In this document: in pieces, positions 12,600 to 23,900 of the stretch
Numbering within the stretch: position 1 is the stretch's first letter
How the letters are laid out: each line of letters starts with the position of its first letter
Assembly: GCA_964187785.1 (NCBI GenBank)
Contig: OZ076414.1
Coordinates: 18,724,001-18,788,000 of the forward strand
Source: Amphiscolops sp. MND2022
Taxonomy: Eukaryota
Direction of reading: 5' to 3'
Length of the DNA: 64,000 bases
Position numbers and translations under genes: made by a program
The notes under the pieces: model-generated
The model's database searches: none
The model's input: the letters and a program-made list of their open reading frames with translations, nothing else
Told to the model about the DNA's origin: nothing

Positions 12600-13382
12600 T
12601 CTCGGTTTCCTTCCGTGATGTATATCGAAGGGTGTTTTCTTTAGTCCCGTGGGTACGGTAAATCAAATTACTCGTAAAGCTCGGTTTATACTTTCGGTTA
12701 GATTTTTTCCGTCTTCCATATTTGCAATTACTAGACTTTTCAGTGTCTGGATTGCTCGTTCTACTGTTCCGTTTCCCGTATGTATTCGGGGTATACAGTA
12801 TTCAATTTCTATATTGGCACCCCCTTTATCGGATTTGATTTTTTCCGGTATTCCTTACAGAAAAAAGTTGCTTGATAAAAATTGTATTACTTCTTTTGTC
12901 TCCAAAGTTTTGCAAGTTTTTACGATTGGCCATTTACTAAATCTATCTACAGCGATTAGTTTTTGGATACCTCCGTGGATGTTTTTTTATTGTAAATTTC
13001 CCGTGAAATCAATTTGTATTTTTTGTCCGGGTTCGGTTAATTTTTCTAATTTTCCGTAGTGTTTTCGCGGTAAATGGTATTTTAAATTTTTACCTGAAGC
13101 AAGGCAGACGGTGCAGTCTTTCACTATTGTTGTCTCAAGGTCATTCTTTTTCTCCGGCCACCAGAAAATTTTGGCTTCGGTTTCCATCTTCGTCAATCCG
13201 GAATGGCCGAAGTGCAATATGTCAAGCAGTCTCCTTCTTAGGTCGATTGGCACGACTATTTGACGTTCGACGAACACAAAGCCCCACCGGATAGATTCCG
13301 GTTTCATAGCGGTTTTGGTGATAAATGTTTTTATATCCAGCATAAATTCAAATACCGCCTTTTCGATATTGTCTTCGGTCAC
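12600..13382 (-). pseudogene. Integrase (HHCC zinc finger and DDE core), disrupted
   Basis: LHFGHSG...CTVC, IQIDFTG, AVDRFSKWP, KIKSDKG and TVERAIQT motifs; internal stops. Confidence 0.88.
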
Positions 13383-14166
13383 TTTCTTGTTCGTTGTCAG
13401 ATTTCACACGATATGATTTTTATGGATGTACTTCGCCTCTTTCCCTTGTGTGTTGTATTTGCTTAGATTGACAACTGGTAGATTGTCTCCACGCATGATG
13501 ATACTGTCTTCTTCCGCATCTTCCGGTTTTTGCTCAATATCTTCTTCCGGATTTTCCTCGGTCTCTTCTTGTATTGGCTGGTATCCTCCGCCTAGCCTGT
13601 TTGATCTTCTCATTGACTCCGCATCAATTTCTGCGATTTCTTCTGGGCTCTTTTTGTTTGGCCGGGATGGTGCGAATATCGTTCTTTGGCTCTGGTGATC
13701 GTACCGGCGTCTCAGGGTACCCTGTCTAGATAGTGCGTTTCTTTGTTCTACTAGTCTTCTCGTGTCCGGACTGTCTGATAAATTCCATGATTTCACGGAT
13801 TGCACCCCAGTGATAGAAGTTTTCTCGGTCCATCTTTTCGTTAATTTCAACAGCTGAATTTTGACTGGTTTTCAAAGTGCTAATATCGGACTGCCCGGAT
13901 TTAGTTGTTTCATTCTGTTCGGTTTTGTTCAAGTTGTTTTTGTTCTCGAATATTCCATTCGTTTGTGACTGGTTCTTTTCATGCTCATTTTGTGTCTCGG
14001 TATTGTTGTTGCGTCATTTTGTTCTGTTTTCGGTGCGTTTTGATTAGTCGGCGAATATTGGTCCGTATTTCAAGTTCAATTCAGCTTGTTCGGTTAATAT
14101 GGTAATTACGTAATCTTCATCGTAATTTTCTTCCGGCGTGGCTCCCCCTACCGGATTTCTTCTCAA

Positions 14167-15340
14167 TTAATATGTAAATTTCAAAAAACTAACGGCAATA
14201 TGTTGTAATGATATATCAAAAGGTGGTAATGGGTCCAACCACTGTGTTAACCTCGCACTATATTGTTTATTCCACCGGTTCCGTTTAATTATTGGTTCTA
14301 AAGCTTGATGATCTGTATATAGAAGTACATTCTTTCCGTAAAGGTTAAATCGGAGCTTTCCTAATCCCCACACGACTGCTAATAGTTCTGAGTCACCGAT
14401 GGATTATTTCTTTTTGGTTTCGTTTGAGTGTCTGCTACCGAATGCTATCTGTTTGGTGTTTCCGTCGTGTTGTTTTACCATAGTGTTATTCCGAGTCCGG
14501 TTGTACTAGCGTCCGTTGTAACTATGTTATCTTTTTTTTTGCATAGTGTGCTAGGCATGGTCCTCCGGTCAACATTTGTTTTATTTTTCCGAAATCTTTT
14601 TGTTGTTCTTCTCCCCATATCCATGGTTCAATTTTTTTCAATAGTTTTCTCAGTCGGTCTGTCCGTTCCGAACGTTTCGATAGAAAGTTCGCCATATATT
14701 GTGTCGCTCCGAGAAAGAATTTCAATTGTTTTGTGTTCTCCGGTGGTTTCAACCGTAGTATTGCTTCGACTTTTTCTTCGTTCGGTTCGCTTCCGTTTTC
14801 ATCAATTCCGTGTCCCAGCCATTTTGTTTGATTCATAAAGAATTCGGACTTTTTTACTTGCCCGGTATCCCGCATTTTCTAATTTGCTAAAGATATCGAA
14901 TAATTTTTTCTAATGATCATGTCTGCTCCCTCGGGTTACACCAATTATATCATCTAACCAGGTGTACTGTAATCAAGTGTTCGGTCAATTTTTTTGAGTA
15001 TTGAGGGTATATCGGCGAGACCGTAAAACCGTTTTTTGAAACTGTAATTTTCGCTGACATTTCCTCCGGTTATTGCAAATACGCATTGTCGGCTTGTTTC
15101 TTCCAACAGTTTCATTTGGCCGTAAGCGTAATCCAGATCCATTTTGGAAATGAATAATTGCATTGTTCGGTCACGAGTAATTTCTACCGATATTTGGTTT
15201 AATAGTTCTTCCATGTTCGGCATGTGGGGTCTCTTTTTATTGCAACTGTCTTTCAGTTTTCGGGAATCTAGTGCTATTTTCACTGATTTATCGCTTTTTC
15301 CTGTTATGACTACTGGTGATACAAAGCAATCTTCATCCAC
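14167..15340 (-). pseudogene. Reverse transcriptase and RNase H, frameshifted
   Basis: SPVVITGKSDKSVKIALDSRKL, KMDLDYAYGQ, FYGLADIP, WLDDII (14949-14960), KWLGH and LLYTDHQAL...RLTQW motifs. Confidence 0.9.
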
Positions 15341-15619
15341 ATCTTTTTGTTATTTATAGATGTCCTGACTTTATTAGTCTTTCTATTCCACGTCCCTCAT
15401 CTTCTTGTACATGTAGGGGTACTGGTCTGGCTTTTTGTTTTACCGGATAATATCCCAGTTTTTGTTGAATGTTTTTTTCGGCGTCTTTTACCGTCTCATT
15501 ATTTTCGAACAGTTCCGGAACTTTATTGAATACTTTCTCGCTTTCTGATTATTTGTTTTCGGCCAATTGTATTCTGCCAATTGTTAATTTGTATTTCTTA
15601 ATCCCATCCATTCCGAGTA

Positions 15620-15870
15620 GAGGTGTTATGTCTAGTCTTTCGGTTATCAATATTTCCATTTTTTGTTTGTTGTTTTCGTATTATAGGTTTACCGGGATTT
15701 TTTCCCGGAATTTCACTTCATTTTATTTACATCTTGATATCTGTTTGTGATTTTCTGTATTCGTCCGACTTTTCCTCTGGTGGCATTATTGTTATCGGTG
15801 ACCCGGTATCAATTATGAATTCTTTCTTTATTCCGTTTACTTTCACTGTTTCCGTGTAGTGTTTGTTCTT
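15620..15870 (-). pseudogene. Retropepsin protease
   Basis: Minus-strand ATTGATACCGGGTCACCG reads IDTGSPITI; downstream TPLLGMDG-like motif. Confidence 0.75.
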
Positions 15871-15961
15871 TTCTTCGATTTTCTTTATTTTTTATGTGGT
15901 GTATGCTTTCGTCAAATTCGCTTGATGTCTAGTTCGGTCCTCCATTACTTCTTCGGTAAGT

Positions 15962-16816
15962 TTATTCACTGTTCGGTAGTTGGTGTATTTTTGTCTGCAC
16001 ACTTTCGCGTAGTGTCTTTTTTTCACAATTATTGCAATTTGTTTTAGTCGCTGGACACTTGTGCATTGGTGTCCAGTTTTGTGCTCCGCAATATCTGCTT
16101 GGTCTATTTACTGTTGTTCTGTTTTTCGGTCTTGTACCGAATCTCTCCATTCTCTGTATTGGTTGTTCTTTTATCACCTGTTTTTCTTTTGCGGAAATCA
16201 GTGTTTCCGGAATTGTAATTTTCTTGTTCTTTTTCTCAGGTGTTCTGTTTGATCAATTCAATCGTTTTTTATTCAATTCCAATGTTTTTTTCATCAGTTT
16301 GTCTCATAATTTTTTATCGGTGATCGCTGTCATGTATTTGGATATCAGTAATTCTTCAGCTGTGTATGCACTGCTGTGTATGCACTTGAAAATGCACTCT
16401 TCTTCTATTTCAATTAGTCTTCTCCAGATTTCTTCGGGAGATTCTTCTGTCTGTTTTGCCCAGAAGAAGTCTCCGCGGTTGTGGTAGGTTTTTCGTTTCG
16501 GTAAGTAGTATTCAAGGAATAACCGAATCAACTTTTTGATGTTAATGCTATCCGGATCTGTTTTATATTCGGCTCGGGTGATTTGACATAATGTTTCGGG
16601 TCCCACTCCCCAAATAAAATCTTCTTGGATGAGTTTCTCTTTCTCTGTCCATCCGGTTTCGGTGACGTTTTCTCCTTTTCTCAGTGGTGTGATCTCATTT
16701 TGTGTTCCCGTTTCGTGAACTGTCGGAATCGTTCTAACCACTGTTTTGGTGTGAACACCGAGTTTCCGTCTGCGGCCTTTGCTTGTAGATTCGGTACTGT
16801 AATTTTTTTCAGCCAT
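15962..16816 (-). pseudogene. gag with Cys/His knuckle region, frameshifted
   Basis: ORF 16304-16816 (YHNRGDFFWAKQ...WRRLIEIE..C) and CGAQNWTPMHKCPATKTNCNNC. Confidence 0.8.
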
Positions 16817-16840
16817 AAAAATTTCTGTATTATTTTAAAA

Positions 16841-16857
16841 TTCGGCTGACTGTGCCA
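16841..16857 (-). other. Primer-binding site TGGCACAGTCAGCCGAA (tRNA-Ser-like, degenerate)
   Basis: TGG-starting sequence directly after the 5' LTR on the minus strand; tRNA identity inferred. Confidence 0.55.
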
Positions 16858-17102
16858 TGTTATACTCTAAAGCTAGGTGATCTAAGAGTTGTAGAAAAGG
16901 ATATAAAAGAGTAGTACTTCAATTATGCAGCTTCAATCCAGTTAATATAAATCTAGAAAACATGTATAAATGTATATACGTAATCCAAACTGTTTTCTTT
17001 TTTGAGTTTGTTTACTAACAACTCGTAATGTCTGTTTTTTTTCAGACTATGTTGGTAAACCGAAGTGCAGTAGAGGTCACTAGACGAATGATTCGTATTA
17101 CA
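16858..17102 (-). repeat. 5' LTR of the Mag-like element
   Basis: Direct repeat of 11356-11598 with TG...CA ends. Confidence 0.93.
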
Positions 17103-17798
17103 ACCATGATTCGAATTCGACATTAAAAAACTCACCAATACGCTGGAAGAACCGAAAGAAACGGAACCCTTTTTGAGCAATCTTGCAACCCTAGTGTTAG
17201 TCGCCGCCTTTTTGTTGATTCAATTAAACGAAAACCTTGCGGTGGTGAAAGTTGTTGAATCTGTTCGACTTACTAGAAAATAAATGACTACAAATGTTTT
17301 CATGAGTGAATTGCATTGAGAACCGTATTTTATCTTTTTTGGGAGAAACGTCCTGACTTACATCTGTTTCCTACTGTCTTTGAATACCAAATATGGGTAC
17401 CATTTGGGTACGAATAGTGCCAGCTGTATTGTTTCGAAAGAAAACTTATCGAGTCTTTAGCTTATGGGCCATAGACGTTATGACAAAGCTCAACATCTAA
17501 AACACCACTTTGGCTAGCTTAAATTGAAAAATGTTTGGGATTCTGTTAGTTTGTTAAATCGAAACATGTTGAACCTGTACAAATTAAGATCTGTCAAAAA
17601 TAGTATTCAATATAAACCATGTCGAACTATTAAATTTTGTTCCACTGATTTCCGTGATCTTGTTTGTAATCACTAAACATATCATTCTTCCATCAATAAA
17701 AAATGGTACTTTCATTCTATATACAGGGTATATCTTGGTTCTTGATAACCTCAGTTTTCGAAAACCAGTTGATTCTAGAAGAATCTTTCTTGCAACTG

Positions 17799-17998
17799 TC
17801 AGGAACAGTTTCCGTTGTTGTAGCAGTCCAGTGTTGGAACGGACATGTGGTTCCTGAACAAGTTCCCAGGGTCGTATTTACTTTTCACTCGCATCACCCG
17901 CTGCTTGTTTTCCTCAGAATAGTGCAAGTTCATCAGACCTTTCACTCCTTGACCTCCGTCCCATTGACCTTCAACAGAAATTTGAGTAGGAGTACTTA
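17799..17998 (-). CDS. BBE-like oxidase exon 9 (terminal, BBE domain)
   Basis: Acceptor TTTCACAG; ...HYSEENKQRVMRVKSKYDPGNLFRNHMSVP...NCS*. Confidence 0.9.
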
Positions 17999-20900
17999 CT
18001 GTGAAATATACACTTGATTTCATTTCCATAGACATGTATGCGATTTCTACATGATGCTAAAAAAAACAAAAAATCTGATGCTAATGTTTTTTATCGGATG
18101 ATTTTTGTGGCAAATGTGTTGATTTTTCCTCTGAATACTTACCGAAAAACATAATTTCAATCAATTCAGATAACTAAGATAAATTCTTATAATTATAATT
18201 CCTATTCTTACAACATTTTTCACATTCCCCCTTTACAAGTAACAGCAGGAAAGATCCCAATTTTTTCAAGGAGACGGAATAATTTTACTTGAGCAGTGAG
18301 AAATCAGCAATTTTTTAAAATAGAGATAAAAAGTTTCCTTGGGTGAGTGAATTAAAACATTCAGTTACTAGGGTGTCTTTCCAATCGTTATTGAACCATG
18401 AAGATTTGCAGGTTTTTCAAATCAAAAAACGTCCAAGCCTGTTTGTCTGCAGCTTTCACAGACTACCTCTTGTATTTACTTGGATGGTATGCCCTGATAT
18501 TTTTTCATGTTTTTAGTCGGCGCATTCTTACAAAATGAGCCCGACTATTACAGTGGCAAGTTTTTTTTTCGTCAGATAACAGAATGTATGCGTAGTGGAC
18601 ACTTTTTACAGAACTACTAAACTACTGGACCGGCAAACGGAAACGCATCTAAGTTTAGTGCAAAGGGTCCCTTTCATTTACTCCCTTTTTAACGTAAGTT
18701 ACAAAACCGGACGAGACTATAGGGGTTTTAGTTTTTTAGACTATTTAGTTTTTTCGGCACTGTGCGACTTTTTTTCGATGTTTTTTGTCGCCAAAGGGTC
18801 CCCCCTTCAAGTGTTTTGATGTTTTCCAGCAAACTGAAGTTTCAAAAAGCCCAAAGGGTCGCCCCTTTCAAGTTTTTCGGCACTATTTCAAAGTTCTCAT
18901 TTTTCGTTTTTTTTTTCGAAAATTGTTTCAATTTTTTTCTCAAAATGTCTCCAAAGGGTCCCCCTTCATTTTTTTGATATTTTGCAACAAACTGGACTTT
19001 CCAAAAGCCCAAAGGGTCCCCCTTTTACAATTTTAAAAACTTTGCGCTTTTTGAGCCTTAGATATAGCGCCGACTTTAGACGTTCCCGTTTTGTTTCTTG
19101 TTGATACCCCGTACCTTCGGAGAGGTCTTCGTATCCCCTGTAGGAGTAGTTGGTGTGTGGTCTGATGATATTCCAGAAACCCCTCTGGAACTCCCTTATG
19201 TGTTCGAGCTTCTCGGGGTCTTCGTGATTTGCCGGGAACGTAGTTATGATGGCCCGACATCCCTTGCCACTGTATACTCCGAAATACTCGTCTGCCAAGC
19301 CGAGTTGACTATGCGTCAAAATTTCGAAAATCAAGTAAGCTACGAACGTGTCATGAATTTGTACGACGCGTCTTCAACTCAATCTCGACCGTGATTTGGT
19401 ACTCAATCGAAAATCGAAGCACCAGCTGAACGCGACTTTCATCACTTTTTTGTATCTTTCTGAAAGATCCCGTAGCATGTATTCTAATTTTAAAAACTGC
19501 AAATCGATTTGGGATCGGACTGATAGTCGATGAGAAAAGTTCCGATAGTTTTGATTTACGCTAACTGGATAAATTCTCAGAAAATAACCTTAGGAAGAAC
19601 AATCGGAAATCCATTAACAACAGAGAATTTGAAATCTTGCAAACTTCAGGCAACAGGCATCTTTTTTTTAAAAAAAAATAACTACGTATGCTATGAGAAT
19701 CACTTTTTGTCTGATCTGGAGAAGCTCTACGAATAGTTCCAGAAATAGTAGAATTTATAGCAAAAAAGTCGAATATTTCCAACGTTGACGTTTTTGTGCA
19801 AGTTTCCGGTCTTTTTGTTGATATAAGTTTATGAGCTACGTTTAAGCCTTAGAAAACTATTCCAGGGCGTAGAATATCCCGATGTTTATTGGGGACGTCT
19901 TTTCCAGCTTTTTGCTACTTGATAAATGGTTGTGAATACAAGTCAACCCGGGAAGCTTCGGCCTCCAAACAACTCGATGTTGACTCCGAAGTCGGAATCT
20001 TCAAGGTCAGGGTAGCTGATAAAATGGTCTTCCAATTCCTCAAGAGCCTCTATGGGAATATTCTCGCCGCATACATAACCACTCATCATTCCGCTGTAAT
20101 GAGAATTTCCACTCACTCGGAAATCCCTCGCTTTGGTTGATTTGTAGCCTGCAGAAAAAAAAACAAAAACTGAATAAAACATGAGTCTTTCAATTCGCTC
20201 AGGGCCCATTTTTGTGAAATTGTAAATGAGTAGCACAGTGTCAAATCAATAAACAGGCGGGAGACTCTGGAAGTTTTTGACGTGCAAAATTTTTTGAAGT
20301 GCAAAATATTGAAGCATTTAAAGGGGTCTTTAAATTAAGGGTTCTGAGTATCTTTTTGGCACAAGGGAAAAAAATAAGAAGAATCTCACATGGTTTAAAC
20401 AAATTTGAAAGAAGGACTCTGTTGTCCATTCTAGTTTACCACAAAATGGGAACAAAATTAGATAGCCTAAAGGCAGACACTTGGCATTCCTTCAAGAAAT
20501 GAGGTTATTTATAAGTTTTTTTACCATTGAGGACAAAAATTACGCAGCTTCAGGAAAACTATTTTCTTCTCTGAAATGCTACGGTCTCGTCTCGTAATTC
20601 TGAAAATTTCCCGAAAATGCAGTCTTCTGAATTCTATTTTGCGTGAAAAAGCGCGGCCCGAACTGTCTAAATAGTTGATGAAAAATGTAATTCCTGAGAG
20701 AAAATGTTTCCATTTTGTGAATATAAGTAGAGCCACTTTTTGCAATTGTTAATATAAAACTTTTCTGCATGACTTAGATTTTTTTGCGTTCGCAACTTTA
20801 CAAGGCCGCCTGATTCTATTCTGAAAACTTCGCACAGTTTTTTGAGCTCCCAGGTTTTTGATCTTTATGAATCCGTGTAAACATGCAGGGTTCTGCAAAG

Positions 20901-23900
20901 ATCGTTGCCCTGAATTTTGAAGAATTTTACAGTTGGGCAGAATCTTTACAGAAGTGTGCTAATTTTCGTTAAAGATTTTTGCAGTTATGATTTTCGGCAG
21001 CTTCTGGGGGGAACAAATGTACTGCATTTATGGACTTCTCCAACTACATTTAGCTCAAGTATTTTAGCTCAGTCAGCCGAAACTTTCTATAACTCAAACT
21101 TCTCGAGCAGGAACGTTTGTCTCCACCACCGTAATTTCGGTGACTGAAAAATATTCGGTATTGGTTTTGCCAATACGGTTTACGTTTTAATTTGTCTATT
21201 TCACTTGATCTTTCCAAGAAGTAGTTGTTGAACTTAGATAGGCTCGTTTGCAATATTAACTTCGTTTTGGCTCATGGAAATAGACGAGTGGCGATCGTCT
21301 GGGTTGGTAGACGCGGTGACAAAGTGTTGTTGTTGTTGTAATGTTTCGGTAACATGGTTTTGTTGTAATTTTGATAATTGATGGTAACTCGGAATACGTT
21401 ATAATTTTTTAAAGGCATTTTTTGGCTCTGTAAAGATCAGTACATTTGATAGATCTGCTGAGTTCTGTAAAGTTCTCTACAGATCTACACAGATTGCTGC
21501 AGAAAAATTTTTCATTTTTTGGACAAAAATTAGATTCCTCACCAGTTCTAAACATTTTAGTTATTCAAATGACATCTCTGTGAGATTTTTATCGTGTTTC
21601 TGATCAGGTAATTTTTTTCTTCCAATCTGCACATATCTGCAAAGTTCTGCAAAAATCTTTCGCAAAGGTGGTGAACTTGAATAGTTTTATATCACTTTGA
21701 AAGAAATTGTTTCACGTTTTGAAAACTTTACAATTGGTTTTTTCTATAATCGTTCCCAGAAAAGTTTTCAAGTCAATATTTTAAGTTATAAGTTTTTAAG
21801 TAATGATATATAATTTACAATTTAGTGATTATATCAAAGCAAACGTAACATTATAACTACAAATTTTCACCCGTTTTGACATTCAATAAAAATACGCCTG
21901 AGAAGATTTAGCCAATTGTTCCTAATCCATTCTCGAAGCTTCTTTAAGTTTTGTGCTTCCAGCTTCAAAAACATAAATCTGCCTTGAGGCTTTGTTAGTT
22001 TCTCTCGATGATATTTCCTGTCAAAAAAATCTGCAATTTCAAGGATATCTAGTACTGACAATCATGTATAATATATATATATATATATATGTATATATAT
22101 GTATATAATGATGATTATAGCCTATCCGGGGCGTTCAATGGAATCCCAAAATACTTCAAAATTTAATTCCATGCATTAACCATGCCAGGTCACCGGTAAA
22201 ACGACCTGAATTTTCACTTTCCGACTACCTACTCTAGTCAAGACTGCTGCAACTTTCTACAGGCCTGCATACAGGGTAATTTTTTATAAAAGCTAAAAAA
22301 CTCAGTAAAAACTGCAGTTTCGTTTCCACTATTGAAATTAGCAGATAAAATCAATGGAAATTTCCGCACCTGTGGCGTTCTGAAGTGAGCCTTCCCCGTA
22401 AGTGAACTTGTACAGGTTTTGATACAGGGTTTGATACAACTTGTGGCTGACCACGTTCACGTTTCTCTTCTTTGCCTCTTCCACTAAGTGGTCCATGATG
22501 TTTAAGCCTTTGGTGGGCGAGTTGAGAATTTTACCTGGAAATGACACATGATTTTCTATGAAATGTTTTTATCAAAGAACCGCGATTTGGAATTATCGAT
22601 GACGGGGTGATTATCAAATACCGACCAGTTATTGAGCTATCATAGTTCTGAATTTCTTTACATTTTTCATCTTCGAGATTTGATTTTTATCCAACATTGG
22701 GACTTTTGGGACTTTCTGAGGAATCGATAGAAACTAGTATGTTCGTCTCAGATCTAGGAAACATGTTTTTATTGTTAAAAAAGTCCAGTTTTTGCGGTTT
22801 CAATTTAGCTCTTTTTTCCGTAACCTTTTCAACCAAAATGATACCAAATTGCTCTTTCATTTTGACTTGTTTCAAAACACATTACTAAACTAGTATTTCC
22901 GTGTTTCGAAAAACCTTAAATAGACCAAAAAAGCCTTGAATAGGTCAAACTTTCAAATATTCCCAAAATATGTCGAATCTGTTGGCATACGCTTTTTGTG
23001 AACAATAAAACATCGATAAAAATCAAACATTAAAACATATCGTTGGTTAAAAAAATTTTTGACGTTTTAAAACATCACGGTGCTCAGGTGACGTCTTCGT
23101 GATTTTGTGGAACGTCGCAAGTTACACTCAAGATTCATCGTTCAAAGCACCAGTTTGTTTTTCATGAAAATAAAGATACATTGGTGGACCTGATATATTA
23201 CGGATCGTTCAAGTTGAAAAGATTCTAAAATGGTTTATTTCGTTCACATGTTTCTCAATTCTTACCTGTGAGTGCCCCTTGGATGAGGAGGCCCTCCTGA
23301 GTCAAGTAGGTGTACAGGTACATAACGTCCTCTGTCAGGGTATGAGCCACACTGAAGAAGTAGTGCAGCCATTCTGCCATGGAAGACTTGGCAACTTCGA
23401 ACCGCAAGAACCCGTAATGGGGGTCCAGTGTTTCTACCTATAAAACGGTATGAGGAAAACTTGCAGAAAACAATTCGTTGGAATTAAAACTGGTCGAAAA
23501 CTAACTACCGTATATTCCGGCGTATTAGCTCCCCCTCCGTATAAGCCCCTCCCCAAACTTTTGACTACTAAAAATTCGAAAAAATGGGGGGGGCTTATAC
23601 GCCGGAAGATACGGTAGTCTAGTAATTATTATTTTATCTCATTCTTTTCATAGAACTTCGGCGAAAGAAGTGGGCTTTTGTACTTTGTTTTCCTGATGCA
23701 ACCACATTCAATGAGCTTCTGATTTTGTCATTTCGCTCAGTCATTGTGATGAGTATATAAAAACAGTAGATATGCCCGTCGAAAAGTGTTCAGTTGCAAC
23801 CAGAAAGCAGTTACTTTTCGACGTTTTTTCGGAAACAGTCTCTTGAAATTTGGTGTTTCTCACAAATTGATCAAATTTCTTTTTTTCTAAATATGCAAAG

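Larger units (their letters stand above)
11356..17102 (-). mobile_element. Full-length decayed Ty3/Gypsy LTR retrotransposon (Mag-like)
   Basis: Paired TG...CA LTRs of about 243 and 245 bp (roughly 90% identical by eye); flanks ACCAG/ACCAT (5-bp TSD, 1 mismatch); PPT and PBS on the minus strand; gag, PR, RT, RNase H and IN motifs in order. Confidence 0.93.

Noticed and set aside
12649-16487. Plus-strand ORFs 12649-13059, 14428-14838 and 16032-16487
   Set aside because: Hydrophobic antisense shadows of the minus-strand gag-pol.
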